Assembly (NCBI GenBank): GCA_033977065.1
Contig: JAXCHI010000002.1
Location: 256,001-320,000 of the forward strand
Direction of reading: 5' to 3'
DNA length: 64,000 nucleotides
Source of the DNA: Candidatus Algichlamydia australiensis
GTDB lineage: Bacteria; Chlamydiota; Chlamydiia; Chlamydiales; JAJFMI01
Positions within the stretch are counted from its first letter, which is position 1. Every line of letters begins with the position of its first letter. Shown in pieces: positions 1-10,646 of this stretch. The notes beneath the pieces were generated by a model, which had not been told where the DNA came from, did not search any database, and saw only the letters and a list, made by a program, of their open reading frames with translations. The translations under genes and the position numbers were made by a program.

Positions 1-1787
1 GAACAGTTGACTATGTTGACGGTTTTAAAATTGTGGTTTCACCAAAGGCGAATCCAACAGCAAAAAAGACCTATACACTGCAAAAATTCATGCGTTCCAA
101 CAATGGTACGTGCTTGAACCAAACTCCTCTCTGTCGAGTAGGAGATACTTTTTTAGCAGGTGACATCCTTGCTGATGGTTCTGCGATTGAAAATGGTGAG
201 GTAGCTCTTGGAAAGAACGTTCTTGTTGCGTTTATGCCGTGGTGTGGATACAACTTTGAGGATGCGATCATTCTCTCTGAGAAGCTGATCCGCAATGATG
301 AGTATACCTCCATCCACGTTGAAGAGTTTGAATTGAATGCACGAGAGACTAAGCTCGGTCGTGAGGAGATCACTCGAGATATACCAAATGTTTCTGAAGA
401 GGCTTTAATTGATCTTGGTGAGGATGGTGTCATTCGCACAGGAGCTGAGGTAAAGCCAGGGGATATTCTCGTCGGTAAAATCACGCCAAAAATTGAGACA
501 GAGTTCTCACCTGAAGAGAGACTTTTGCAAGCGATCTTTGGAGAGAAAGCAGCAAATGTTAAAGATGCTTCTTTAATCGCTCCTCCGGGTACAGAAGGTG
601 TTGTGATGACAACGCGTTTCTTAAACCGAAAGGATCGTCTCTCAAAAACGGATGATGAGATTGTTGAAGAGCCTGTTCGTGCGAAAAAGATTCATAAAGA
701 GTTCCAAGAGAAAGAAGAGGAGCTTGAAATGGAGTTCCACGAAAAGCTTGGCGCGCTCTTTATGAATGAGTCTGCACCTCTGCCAATCATGCACCGCAAG
801 ACGGGTAAAGTGATTTTGGATGAGGGAGCAGCATTCACACAAGAAGTGATTGAGAAACTGGAGTCGGAAGACTTAGAAGATCTCATCATTCCTGAACATG
901 AAATTTACGACTCCTATAAGTCCTTTGTTCGTGCGCACAAGCGTGCTCGTCAACAACTTGAGATGGACCACAAGACGGAAATTGAGTACTTGCGAAAAGG
1001 GGATACTGAGCTTGAAGCGGGCGTCATTCGCCAAGTAAAAGTTTATGTCGCTAAGCAATCTAAACTCCAAGTAGGGGATAAGATGGCGGGACGTCACGGA
1101 AACAAAGGTGTTGTTTCTATGATTGTTCCTGAGGCAGATATGCCTTATCTCCCGAATGGTGAGACGGTCGAGATGATTCTTAATCCTCTCGGGGTGCCTT
1201 CTCGTATGAACATTGGACAGCTTCTAGAGACGCACCTCGGATATGCCGCAAAAAAGAAAGGAATTTATGTAAAATCTCCTGTCTTTGAAGGATTCCCTGA
1301 GATCGAAATCTGGAATATGATGCGCGATGCAGGTCTTCCTGAAGATGGTAAGATGATGCTCTACGACGGCCGCACAGGTGAGCGCTTTGACGCATCTGTT
1401 GTTGTTGGAATGATCTATATGATCAAGCTGGGCCACCTTGTCAGCGACAAGATCCATGCTCGTGCTACAGGTCCTTATTCACTTGTTACGCAGCAGCCAC
1501 TTGGTGGTAAAGCGCAGATGGGTGGACAGCGTTTCGGTGAGATGGAGGTGTGGGCACTTGAAGCTTATGGTGCAGCACACATCTTGCAAGAGCTATTAAC
1601 CGTCAAATCTGACGATGTACCGGGAAGAACCTTGATTTACGAATCCATTGTTAAGGGTCACAATACCTTAAAAGCTGGAACCCCCGAATCCTTTAACGTA
1701 CTCCTCAAAGAGATGCAAGGCCTCTGCCTAGATGTGCGTCCCGAAAAAGTTGAGGAAGAAACCTTCATGGAGACAAGCCGTTCATGA
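1..1787 (+). CDS. rpoB: DNA-directed RNA polymerase beta subunit (5'-truncated by window)
   Basis: [29 protein letters not shown] motifs; frame open from position 3. Confidence 0.99.
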   Translation, partial: TVDYVDGFKIVVSPKANPTAKKTYTLQKFMRSNNGTCLNQTPLCRVGDTFLAGDILADGSAIENGEVALGKNVLVAFMPWCGYNFEDAIILSEKLIRNDEYTSIHVEEFELNARETKLGREEITRDIPNVSEEALIDLGEDGVIRTGAEVKPGDILVGKITPKIETEFSPEERLLQAIFGEKAANVKDASLIAPPGTEGVVMTTRFLNRKDRLSKTDDEIVEEPVRAKKIHKEFQEKEEELEMEFHEKLGALFMNESAPLPIMHRKTGKVILDEGAAFTQEVIEKLESEDLEDLIIPEHEIYDSYKSFVRAHKRARQQLEMDHKTEIEYLRKGDTELEAGVIRQVKVYVAKQSKLQVGDKMAGRHGNKGVVSMIVPEADMPYLPNGETVEMILNPLGVPSRMNIGQLLETHLGYAAKKKGIYVKSPVFEGFPEIEIWNMMRDAGLPEDGKMMLYDGRTGERFDASVVVGMIYMIKLGHLVSDKIHARATGPYSLVTQQPLGGKAQMGGQRFGEMEVWALEAYGAAHILQELLTVKSDDVPGRTLIYESIVKGHNTLKAGTPESFNVLLKEMQGLCLDVRPEKVEEETFMETSRS

Positions 1788-4700
1788 CACAAGATAGTCA
1801 AAATGAAAACCACTTTGATCGCCTCTCAATCAAAATCGCCTCACGCGAGGTGATTGTAGATGAGTGGTCACGTGGTGAGATCAAAAAGCCTGAGACGATC
1901 AACTACCGCACATTCAAACCAGAGAAGGGAGGCCTCTTCTGTGAGAAGATTTTTGGCCCGACCCGTGACTGGGAGTGTGCCTGTGGAAAGTACAAAAAGA
2001 TCAAGCACAAAGGGATTGTCTGTGATCGATGCGGTGTTGAAGTTACGCTATCAAAGGTGCGTCGTGAGCGCATGGCACACATCGATTTAGCTGTTCCAGT
2101 TGTTCATATCTGGTTTTTCAAAACACAGCCTTCTCGTATTGGAAATATTTTAGGAATGTCCAGCTCAGATCTCGAGCGCATTATCTATTATGAAGAGTAT
2201 GTGGTTACAGATCCAGGTCGCACAACGCTTGAGCGCAAACAGCTCTTAAACGATGCTGAATACCGCGAAGCCCAAGAGAAATGGGGACGCGACTCTTTCT
2301 CCGTTATGATGGGGGGAGAAGCCGTTGCTGAACTCTTGAGAAAAGAAGAACTTGGTGAGCTCGTTGTAGAGCTCAAAGAGAAGCTCCGCCGCACAAAGTC
2401 GATGCAAGCTCGCATGAAGCTTGCAAAGCGTTTGAAGATTGTAGAAACTTTCTCACAATCTCCAAACAATCCCGACTGGATGGTGATGTCGGCTCTGCCG
2501 GTAACACCTCCCGACTTGCGCCCGCTTGTCCCTCTTGATGGTGGCCGTTTTGCTACATCTGATCTCAACGATCTTTATCGCCGTGTGATCAACCGAAACA
2601 ATCGTCTAAAAGCGATTTTAAAGTTGAAAACACCTGATGTCATCATTCGCAATGAGAAGCGCATGCTACAAGAGGCTGTTGACGCTCTCTTTGATAATGG
2701 TCGCCATGGCCATCCTGTGATGGGTGCCGGTAATAGACCTTTGAAATCGCTGTCTGAAATGTTGAAGGGAAAAGGTGGACGTTTCCGTCAAAACCTTCTT
2801 GGAAAGCGTGTTGACTACTCGGGTCGTTCCGTTATTATTGTCGGTCCTGAGCTCAAACTCAACCAGTGCGGTATCCCAAAACGCATGGCCCTAGAGCTCT
2901 TTGAGCCGTTCATTGTGAAGCGCCTCAAAGACCAAGGTTTTGTTTATACCATTCGCTCCGCGAAAAAGATGATCCAGCGTGAAGCACCTGAAGTTTGGGA
3001 TGTACTAGAAGATGTCATTAAAGGACACCCGGTACTCTTAAACCGTGCACCGACTCTTCACAGACTCGGAATTCAGGCCTTCGAGCCAGTCATTATTGAG
3101 GGGAAAGCGATTCGCGTGCACCCTCTTGTTTGTACGGGTTTTAACGCCGACTTTGATGGTGATACGATGTCTGTGCACGTGCCCCTTTCAGTAGAGGCGC
3201 AGTTAGAGGCAAAAATGTTGATGATGGCACCGGATAATATCTTCTTGCCATCTTCAGGAAAGCCTGTTGCCATTCCAACCAAGGATATGATTCTTGGTCT
3301 CTACTATTTGATGCACGATCCGATCTACATTCCAGAAGATCACAATGAGACGACAAAAGTATTTTCTTCTATGGAAGATGTTCTCTTTGTTCTCGATGCG
3401 GGCTTAAGCTACAACCGCTCTCGCGCTGAAGCAAAAGAGATGCGTCAGGACGATACGGGAAATGGTCTTCATATCCACGAGCAGATCAAAGTTCGTGTCG
3501 ATGGTAGTATTATTGTTACAACTCCCGGTCGTGTTATCTTTAACTCTATCGTTCCAAAAGAGCTTGGCTTCCAAAACTACGCTCTTCGTAAGAATGAGAT
3601 GAGTAACCTAATCTTAAACACCTACAAAAAAGTTGGTCTTGAGAGAACGGTTCAATTCTTAGATGACATCAAGAGACTAGGGTTTACTTCTGCAACAAAG
3701 GCAGCAACCTCAATGGGGGTTCAAGACGTTTACAAACCAGAAGTAAAAGAGAAAGCTCTTGCTGATGCGTATAAGCAGGTGGAAAAAGTCCGCAAGCAGT
3801 ACGAAGAAGGGGTGATTACTGACGGGGAACGTCACTCAAAAATTATTAGTATCTGGACGGAAGTAGCCGACGATGTCTCTGATACCCTCTACGATCTGAT
3901 CTCTCAGGTTCGAGGTACAGAGATTAACTCGCTCTTTATGATGCTTGACTCTGGTGCTCGTGGTAACAAGACTCAGGTAAAGCAGCTCGGTGCGATGCGT
4001 GGCTTGATGGCGAAACCGTCGGGTGAGATTTTGGAATCTCCAATTACAGCCTCATTCCGTGAAGGTTTGAGCGTCTTGGAGTACTTTATCTCCTCTCACG
4101 GTGCGCGTAAAGGTCTCTCTGATACAGCCTTGAAAACTGCTGACTCAGGTTACTTAACTCGTCGTCTTGTTGACGTCGCAATTGATGTCCTGATTACCGA
4201 AGATGACTGCGGTACTCTGGGTGGAATTGAAGTATCTGCTATTTCTCAAGGACAGGAGGAATTGCTACCTCTTAAGGATCGTCTTCTTGGACGCACAATC
4301 TGTGAGGATATCTACCAACCTGGTGATCGCACCCAGTTGCTTGGAAAAGCAGGAGAGATTCTAACTGCTGAAAAAGCGGCAAAAATCGATGACGCAGGGA
4401 TTGAATCTGTGAAGGTTCGTTCACCTCTTACATGTGAGAGCAAGCGCGGTATTTGTGCGAAGTGTTACGGAATTAACCTTGCAAATGGCCGTACTGCTGC
4501 CAACGGGGAAGCTGTTGGAATTATTGCTGCACAGTCCATTGGAGAACCAGGTACACAGCTTACGATGAGAACGTTCCACTTAGGTGGTATTGCTTCAGCT
4601 TCTGCTACACCAGAAATTGAAGCGGAGAATGATGCGATTCTTGTCTATTCCGACTTGCGTACTGTACAGAACGAAGATGGCATTTGGCTCGCCTTGAACA

Positions 4701-5941
4701 AAAACGGAAGCCTGCATCTTGTCAAAGATGAGGGGCGTTCACTTGAAGAGTATAAAAAACTTCTTAGCACCAAATCCATCGAGGCTCTGCAATCCTTCCC
4801 AATTCAGTTGGGAACGCAGATTCTCCTTGCTGACGGCGCCAAAGTGAAGAAGGGTGAACGCGTTGCCGTTTGGGAGCAGCACAACGTGCCGATTATCTGT
4901 GAGAAGCCTGGATTTGTAAAGTATGAGGATCTTGTTGAAGGGATCTCTACACAACGCGATGTCAATAAGCAGACGGGCCAAAGTGAAATCGTTGTTAAAC
5001 AGCATCGTGGAGAGTTACACCCGCAGATCATGATCTACGAAGATAGCGAGTGCAAAGAGCTGATCGGAACGTATGCGATTCCATCAGGCGCTTTCCTCTC
5101 TGTTGTCGAAGGACAGCACGTTACAGCAGGAAGTATCCTAGCGCGTATGCCGCGCGGGGCGATTCGCACCAAGGATATCACCGGGGGTCTACCTCGTGTG
5201 GCAGAGCTTGTTGAAGCGCGTCGTCCACGTGATGCTGCTGAAATTGCTAAGATCGATGGAATTGTCGACATCAAAGGTGTGCAGAAAAATAAACGCATTG
5301 TTACAGTTCGCGATCCTGAGTCAGGAATGGAAGAGGAGCACCTCATCCCACTTTCTAAACACTTGATCATTCAGAAAGGTGACTCTGTCATCAAAGGACA
5401 GGAGCTGACGGATGGTCTTGTTGATCCACATGAAATTCTAGATATTTGCGGTGTACGTGAGTTGCAGAAATATCTTGTGAATCAGATTCAGGAAGTCTAT
5501 CGCCTTCAAGGTGTGGATATCAACGATAAACACATCGAGATGATCATCCGACAAATGCTACAGAAAGTGCGTGTAACTGATCCTGGTGACACAACCTTCC
5601 TCTATGGTGAAGATGTAGATAAGAAGCAGTTCCACATTCAAAACCAGAAAGTCTTGGATGAGGGGGGCAAACCTGCACAAGCTGCACCTGTTCTTCTGGG
5701 GATTACAAAAGCCTCTCTTGGAACAGAGAGCTTTGTCTCAGCTGCTTCCTTCATGGAGACCACACGTGTTCTTACCGATGGTGCTGCCGAAGGAAAAGTG
5801 GACAACCTCTTCGATCCAAAGGCATCGATCATCACAGGGCATATGGTCCCATGTGGTACAGGATACTTCGGTTATCGCAATCGCTCAAGAGCGATTCTCG
5901 ATTCTGAGGATGAAGAAGAGCTTGAGTTTGCGTTTAACTAG
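1784..5941 (+). CDS. rpoC: DNA-directed RNA polymerase beta' subunit
   Basis: Zn finger, NADFDGD catalytic loop, [11 protein letters not shown] bridge helix, [12 protein letters not shown] trigger loop. Confidence 0.99.
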   Translation: MTQDSQNENHFDRLSIKIASREVIVDEWSRGEIKKPETINYRTFKPEKGGLFCEKIFGPTRDWECACGKYKKIKHKGIVCDRCGVEVTLSKVRRERMAHIDLAVPVVHIWFFKTQPSRIGNILGMSSSDLERIIYYEEYVVTDPGRTTLERKQLLNDAEYREAQEKWGRDSFSVMMGGEAVAELLRKEELGELVVELKEKLRRTKSMQARMKLAKRLKIVETFSQSPNNPDWMVMSALPVTPPDLRPLVPLDGGRFATSDLNDLYRRVINRNNRLKAILKLKTPDVIIRNEKRMLQEAVDALFDNGRHGHPVMGAGNRPLKSLSEMLKGKGGRFRQNLLGKRVDYSGRSVIIVGPELKLNQCGIPKRMALELFEPFIVKRLKDQGFVYTIRSAKKMIQREAPEVWDVLEDVIKGHPVLLNRAPTLHRLGIQAFEPVIIEGKAIRVHPLVCTGFNADFDGDTMSVHVPLSVEAQLEAKMLMMAPDNIFLPSSGKPVAIPTKDMILGLYYLMHDPIYIPEDHNETTKVFSSMEDVLFVLDAGLSYNRSRAEAKEMRQDDTGNGLHIHEQIKVRVDGSIIVTTPGRVIFNSIVPKELGFQNYALRKNEMSNLILNTYKKVGLERTVQFLDDIKRLGFTSATKAATSMGVQDVYKPEVKEKALADAYKQVEKVRKQYEEGVITDGERHSKIISIWTEVADDVSDTLYDLISQVRGTEINSLFMMLDSGARGNKTQVKQLGAMRGLMAKPSGEILESPITASFREGLSVLEYFISSHGARKGLSDTALKTADSGYLTRRLVDVAIDVLITEDDCGTLGGIEVSAISQGQEELLPLKDRLLGRTICEDIYQPGDRTQLLGKAGEILTAEKAAKIDDAGIESVKVRSPLTCESKRGICAKCYGINLANGRTAANGEAVGIIAAQSIGEPGTQLTMRTFHLGGIASASATPEIEAENDAILVYSDLRTVQNEDGIWLALNKNGSLHLVKDEGRSLEEYKKLLSTKSIEALQSFPIQLGTQILLADGAKVKKGERVAVWEQHNVPIICEKPGFVKYEDLVEGISTQRDVNKQTGQSEIVVKQHRGELHPQIMIYEDSECKELIGTYAIPSGAFLSVVEGQHVTAGSILARMPRGAIRTKDITGGLPRVAELVEARRPRDAAEIAKIDGIVDIKGVQKNKRIVTVRDPESGMEEEHLIPLSKHLIIQKGDSVIKGQELTDGLVDPHEILDICGVRELQKYLVNQIQEVYRLQGVDINDKHIEMIIRQMLQKVRVTDPGDTTFLYGEDVDKKQFHIQNQKVLDEGGKPAQAAPVLLGITKASLGTESFVSAASFMETTRVLTDGAAEGKVDNLFDPKASIITGHMVPCGTGYFGYRNRSRAILDSEDEEELEFAFN

Positions 5942-5985
5942 TACTATGTAACAAAAATAATGCTAAAATTTTCTGTTACAGAGCA
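5942..5985. mobile_element. 44-bp minimal MITE, family A (two terminal repeats only)
   Basis: TACTATGTAACAAAAAT ... ATTTTCTGTTACAGAGCA between CTAG at 5938-5941 and CTAG at 5986-5989. Confidence 0.7.
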
Positions 5986-5989
5986 CTAG

Positions 5990-6467
5990 TACTCTGTAAC
6001 AGAAAATCTTAGTGTTTAATTTAAAAAAACAGCCAATAGAGACAGTCGGGCAAATCCCCGCTGCCCTTTGAGCTTCACCTTGGCATGCCAAATTGCGTTT
6101 CGTCGGAAAACCGTGCAAAGCACTACTTCTTCCTCCTGCACCGCAATTTTTCAAAGCCAATCTGAAGCCATCGAGCGCATCGCGCGTTCATTCCCCACCC
6201 TCCACTTTGTTTCGGGAGGGGCCCCTTTCACGTCGCTTGCGCGGCTGTTTTTTTTGTTTTGCAGAAAACTTTGCAAGGTCTAGACAGCTTTTTCAATCAC
6301 ATACAATCGCTTTACTTTTCACGTTTGGGATCCATTTTTACGTCAAAGCCTCGGGATTGAACTATCGAAAATCACCTCGTATTTGATTAATACTAGGTGA
6401 CTTGCGATAGCCCAATCGCGAGAGCTTTCACGTTAAAAAGAATAGCAAAATTTTCTGTTACAGAGTA
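5990..6467. mobile_element. 478-bp MITE, family A
   Basis: Perfect 18-bp TIR TACTCTGTAACAGAAAAT (5990-6007 / 6450-6467), flanked by CTAG (5986-5989, 6468-6471); no credible ORF. Confidence 0.85.
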
Positions 6468-6492
6468 CTAGTGCAAGAAGTCTATTCTTTTT

Positions 6493-6532
6493 AAAAAGTA
6501 AAGGCCCTACATCTGTAGGGTCTTTACTTTTT
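6493..6532 (+). terminator. Intrinsic (likely bidirectional) terminator after rpoBC
   Basis: AAAAAGTAAAGGCCCTACA-TC-TGTAGGGTCTTTACTTTTT hairpin with A/T tails. Confidence 0.8.
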
Positions 6533-6578
6533 ATTTACCTTTGATTAAGATCCTCTGCTAGAAAAGAGGAAGTCTTAT

Positions 6579-7652
6579 ATGGCGTTAGATTCTGTAAGTC
6601 GTAATACACTTGATGAGAGCTTAGTTCCTGTACATCTCAAAAAGCTAGAGGAACATAGAAAAGCTACTTGTTTAGACTTTGTGAAAGTAGCAAACACACA
6701 TGCGTTTGTAAACCCAGATGATAATTCAAAAAAGGTCGTTCAAGAAATTCTAACGACTGTAAGTAATGGCTTTAAAAATTGGATGGATGGACTTGAAGAT
6801 TCTCAAGATATTTATCATCACGCTATTCCAAATATTCTTATATTAAGCGAACTTTTCACAAATATATTTTATGGCGCTCAAGGAAGTAATCAGGTTAAAT
6901 ATTTTCATGAACTTGCTGAGAAAAATTCTCAGTTACTTAAAAAAATACAAGGGCTTGCAGAAAGAGTTCAAAGTCAGTTTCCAGAAAACTACTTTCCAAA
7001 AGAGTATGGAGAGTACTTTCTCTATAGAAAAGATGAAGAATCAGCAATTAGAAAAATTTGGAAAGATCAACAAATAGGAACAGCTTTTGATCATTTCGGA
7101 AGATTTGTTTTAGAGTTAGAAGATGGTGCTCTTGATGCTGCCTTTGCTGAGGTAGCTTTGAAGATCAAATTAGTTGCTTATACAATCTACACTCTCTACT
7201 TAAAGCTAGTTGAAATTTGGACGAAAAATCACTGGAACTTACAAGCAGAAAAAAGCCAAAATAAGAATATCAAGAAGTACGCCAAGTGGTACAACATTAC
7301 AACGGGAGAAGAGTTTTTTAAATGGGTACAAGAGGTAGCAGACTCTAATAAGGAAGTTAATTTAAAGAATCACACCCATCTCTACACGATTCTCTATCCC
7401 TCAAATGATCATTTTGATCCAAAGGCCTTTGGAGAAGAAGAGAGTGTTGATTTGGAAACACTCTTCTTAAGACGGAAAAAAATCATTCAAAACTCTCAGC
7501 TGAAGCCGCTGAATGAAGCGATGCAGGAGCTAAGAAAATTCTATTTAGACCGAGAAGCATGGAGCTTATCAAGCAAACCAGATTTTGCTGGCTTGCAAGA
7601 AGTCGTAAAAAGAGTTCACAAAGCTATGTTAGCTTTTGACTTAGAATGCTAA
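6579..7652 (+). CDS. Hypothetical helical protein (orphan)
   Basis: 357-aa ORF, AGAGGA RBS, AT-rich; no recognisable motif. Confidence 0.75.
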   Translation: MALDSVSRNTLDESLVPVHLKKLEEHRKATCLDFVKVANTHAFVNPDDNSKKVVQEILTTVSNGFKNWMDGLEDSQDIYHHAIPNILILSELFTNIFYGAQGSNQVKYFHELAEKNSQLLKKIQGLAERVQSQFPENYFPKEYGEYFLYRKDEESAIRKIWKDQQIGTAFDHFGRFVLELEDGALDAAFAEVALKIKLVAYTIYTLYLKLVEIWTKNHWNLQAEKSQNKNIKKYAKWYNITTGEEFFKWVQEVADSNKEVNLKNHTHLYTILYPSNDHFDPKAFGEEESVDLETLFLRRKKIIQNSQLKPLNEAMQELRKFYLDREAWSLSSKPDFAGLQEVVKRVHKAMLAFDLEC

Positions 7653-8591
7653 CGCCTTCTCTAACTTGACCGTATCAGCGGCAAACTTTCGGATGCCCTC
7701 TGCAAGTTTTTCTGTTGCCATCGCATCTTCGTTAAGGTGCCAGCGGAAGGCTTTCTCATCGATTGCGAGCTTTTCAATTGAAGAGGACTTTGCCGCTTCC
7801 GCGCTTAACTTTTGCGGCACATCTCCCTCCATATTTTGGAGCTCACCTAAAAGTTTTGGGGAGATTGTAATCAGATCACAGCCTGCAAGCTCTAAAATCT
7901 CATCTGTATTGCGAAACGAGGCGCCCATAATCTGCGTATTATGGCCAAATTTTTTGTAGTAGTTAAAGATCTGTTTTACTGAGATGACACCAGGGTCTTC
8001 AGGTCCAGGGTAGCTCTCTTTTCCTTCAGCCTTTTTATACCAGTCGAGAATGCGGCCAACAAAAGGAGAGATGAGAGTCGCATTGACTTCAGCACACGCG
8101 ACAGCCTGAGCTAGAGAGAACATGAGAGTCATGTTGCAGTGGATGCCCTCTTGCTCTAGCTGCTTGGCCGCTTGCACACCTTCCCAGGTAGAGGCGAGCT
8201 TAATCAAAACGCGCTTGCGATCAATACCAGCCTCTTCATACAAAGAGATATATTGATGCGCTTTGCGCAAAGAGCCTTCCACATCAAAGGAGAGTCTCGC
8301 ATCAACCTCTGTGGAGACGCGGCCTGGAACGTGTTTTAAAATCTCAGCACCAAAGTTTACGAATACTTTGGTGATCGTATTTTCCATCTGCTCTTCGCTT
8401 GATCCGCCCATCTTTTTTCCATAAGCGAGCGCCTCGTCAATGAGCGTGCGATATTCAGGTTTTTCAGAGGCAGCAAGGATCAGAGAGGGGTTAGTTGTGG
8501 CGTCAGTGGGATGATATTTTTTAATTTCATCAATCTCTCCCGTATCGGCAACAAGTATAGAATGTTTTTTTAGTTCATCAAATTTGCTCAT
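7641..8591 (-). CDS. tal: Transaldolase
   Basis: [36 protein letters not shown]; start reassigned to ATG 8591 (MSKFDEL). Confidence 0.97.
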   Translation of the reverse strand: MSKFDELKKHSILVADTGEIDEIKKYHPTDATTNPSLILAASEKPEYRTLIDEALAYGKKMGGSSEEQMENTITKVFVNFGAEILKHVPGRVSTEVDARLSFDVEGSLRKAHQYISLYEEAGIDRKRVLIKLASTWEGVQAAKQLEQEGIHCNMTLMFSLAQAVACAEVNATLISPFVGRILDWYKKAEGKESYPGPEDPGVISVKQIFNYYKKFGHNTQIMGASFRNTDEILELAGCDLITISPKLLGELQNMEGDVPQKLSAEAAKSSSIEKLAIDEKAFRWHLNEDAMATEKLAEGIRKFAADTVKLEKALAF

Positions 8592-8704
8592 AACAACCTT
8601 TTTCTTTTCATAATAAAAGTTCTGGGGACTTAAGTCGAGGATTACCTCGGGGAAAGATAGATTTTTTTTGAAAAAAAAGAGAAGTCTTTTAGTGGCTTCA
8701 AGAG

Positions 8705-8728
8705 AAAAAAAGCGAGCCATCGCCCGCT
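8705..8728 (-). terminator. Intrinsic terminator
   Basis: Minus strand AGCGGGC-GATG-GCTCGCT followed by T-run. Confidence 0.6.
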
Positions 8729-8780
8729 CACTCTCAAACGTCCTCTCCTTTAGGAAAGCGCTGAATAATTGCTTTTTTAG

Positions 8781-9044
8781 TTAAACCGACTTGCCATTGT
8801 TAGATGAGGCGACAGCAATACCTGCGGTAATTGTTGCCATGGTAAATAAAACCATACCAGCTGTTTTCCATGCGCGACTATTACTCTTTTGCTCTTGCCT
8901 TGGGGGCTCATACTCTACAGGTTCTGCAGGTAAAATCGCACTTTCCTCATCTGGAGGAGGAGCGAGTTCAATGGCCTCATCTGCATGAAGAGAAAAGTTC
9001 CCTATAGCAAAACTCAGAAAAGCGCTAATGATTCTTTTTTTCAT
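8781..9044 (-). CDS. Small exported protein with C-terminal TM helix
   Basis: AGGAGA RBS before ATG 9044; signal peptide MKKRIISAFLSF..LHA; hydrophobic C-terminus. Confidence 0.65.
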   Translation of the reverse strand: MKKRIISAFLSFAIGNFSLHADEAIELAPPPDEESAILPAEPVEYEPPRQEQKSNSRAWKTAGMVLFTMATITAGIAVASSNNGKSV

Positions 9045-9729
9045 TAAAAATCTCCTGTGCAATTTGTTTGATGAACAGAGCATGCCAGTAAGATCCTTTT
9101 TCAGGCAATTCCTTTTCACAAAATTTTTGTAAGTTTTTCAAACGAGGGACAATAATGGGGAGTGAGACGATAGTAGGAAGGCGAATCTTCTTTTTCTCCT
9201 TTGCGATTTCCATCTTAAGATTATAGCTTTTGCGCCCCGCTGATTTAAGAAAGTCTTCCACAAGTTCTAAGCTGCGAAAGCTCTTTGTCACTTCTGAACG
9301 AACATTTTGAAAATCACTTTTTTTAGCAGAAGCAGTCAAGATGTATGCATGGCCATTTGCAATCTGCAGCAGCTGCATGAGTTCCACTTTACCCCACTCA
9401 AGTGTGCGCTCTATTTTTAACAAAACACCCTCACCAGAAAGCGTTTTTAGCTGCCCCATCCTTTCACATCTATTGCGCTTATCCATTTTGTGACACTTGA
9501 TCGCATTTTTGGTGTACTCTTCTAGTCTTAAAGAGGTTGGTTCAATCGCAAGATTAATAGAGGGGTTAAAGCCCTGTGTCTTTTTCGAGATAAAAGAAAT
9601 TTTTGCCTGATTAAAAGCTGTTGGATCTTGTGCGCGCCATCCCTTAGGGGGCACAAATGTAGCCGTAGGAGAAGCGGAAAGGAGAGTGCAGAGCAGACTA
9701 AGATTGAGACTGTGCTTGAGAATTGTCAT
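9025..9729 (-). CDS. Exported protein, CT311-like (PsbP/DcrB-like fold)
   Basis: FVPPKGW and FNPSINLAIE motifs; position between tal and atpE as in Chlamydia. Confidence 0.65.
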   Translation of the reverse strand: MTILKHSLNLSLLCTLLSASPTATFVPPKGWRAQDPTAFNQAKISFISKKTQGFNPSINLAIEPTSLRLEEYTKNAIKCHKMDKRNRCERMGQLKTLSGEGVLLKIERTLEWGKVELMQLLQIANGHAYILTASAKKSDFQNVRSEVTKSFRSLELVEDFLKSAGRKSYNLKMEIAKEKKKIRLPTIVSLPIIVPRLKNLQKFCEKELPEKGSYWHALFIKQIAQEIFNEKKNH

Positions 9730-9937
9730 TTGAGCCCAAAACAATAGCTAAAATTGTAATTCCAATTGCAAGAGCAATTCCCCATCCAATCATGGAGGAG
9801 CTAATCGCTTCATCTGCCGCCTTTGAGGGGGCAGATCCATCATACGTTAGAGTAGTGGAGGCGTCGTTTTGCGCCTGCATTGCTGCTGGTACAACACTCA
9901 GAGCAACGGTTAGGGTGATGACAAGTAAACTTTTCAT
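9698..9937 (-). CDS. Small exported protein with C-terminal TM helix
   Basis: Signal peptide ending AMQA, C-terminal hydrophobic helix. Confidence 0.6.
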   Translation of the reverse strand: MKSLLVITLTVALSVVPAAMQAQNDASTTLTYDGSAPSKAADEAISSSMIGWGIALAIGITILAIVLGSNDNSQAQSQS

Positions 9938-10022
9938 TCGCTTCTCATCATGCCAAACTTAAAAGTTGTTTGTCTAGCTTTTTAACGTTCAATTTGTTAT
10001 ATTCATCCTCTAGGAGTGCAAT

Positions 10023-10646
10023 ATGAGTGATCTGGAAAGTGGAAAAGAACGAGTGCAAAAACTCTGTGATTTAATCAAGAAAGAGACATTAGACCCAGCC
10101 AAGCAAGAGGCAGAAAAGATCTTAAGCGATGCGCAAGAAAAACGCGAAGGAATTTTACAAGCTGCACGAATGGAAGCAGAAAATATTCTTGGGGAGGCTA
10201 AGAAGAAAATTGAAGAGGAAAAGAGAATTTTTGACTCTTCGCTTAACCTAGCGGGAAAACAGGCCCTAAACGCACTGAAGCAAGAGATTGAGGGAAAGCT
10301 TTTTGATCAAGAAATTGTGCGCCAGGTAAAAAGCGTTAGCGGAGAAGAAAAGGCGATTGCAAAAGTAATCGATGCGATTGTTCTTGCTATTGAAAAAGAG
10401 GGAATTAATTCAGACCTTGAAGCATCTATTCCAAGTGCAGTGAGCAAAGATGAGGTTGTAAAAGCTCTTTCGGATCAAGCGGTTGAAAAATTAAAAAAGG
10501 AGAGCATTCAGTTGGCCGATTTCACGGGAGGAGCCAAGGTAAAGATTGCACAAGAGCACTTGACGCTTGACATAAGTGATGAGGCTTTAGCGCGACTTGT
10601 TTCAAACTTTATTCGTGAAGATTTAAAAGCCAAACTTTTTGCATGA
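10023..10646 (+). CDS. atpE: V-type ATP synthase subunit E
   Basis: Coiled-coil N-terminus (ETLDPAKQEA), first gene of V-ATPase operon. Confidence 0.9.
   Translation: MSDLESGKERVQKLCDLIKKETLDPAKQEAEKILSDAQEKREGILQAARMEAENILGEAKKKIEEEKRIFDSSLNLAGKQALNALKQEIEGKLFDQEIVRQVKSVSGEEKAIAKVIDAIVLAIEKEGINSDLEASIPSAVSKDEVVKALSDQAVEKLKKESIQLADFTGGAKVKIAQEHLTLDISDEALARLVSNFIREDLKAKLFA

Noticed and set aside
5963..6386. Short ORFs inside MITE A
   Set aside because: Overlapping on both strands, no transposase or other motif; explained by structured non-coding DNA.
7641..8720. N-terminally extended transaldolase
   Set aside because: Homology starts at MSKFDEL (8591); the extension runs through promoter and terminator DNA.
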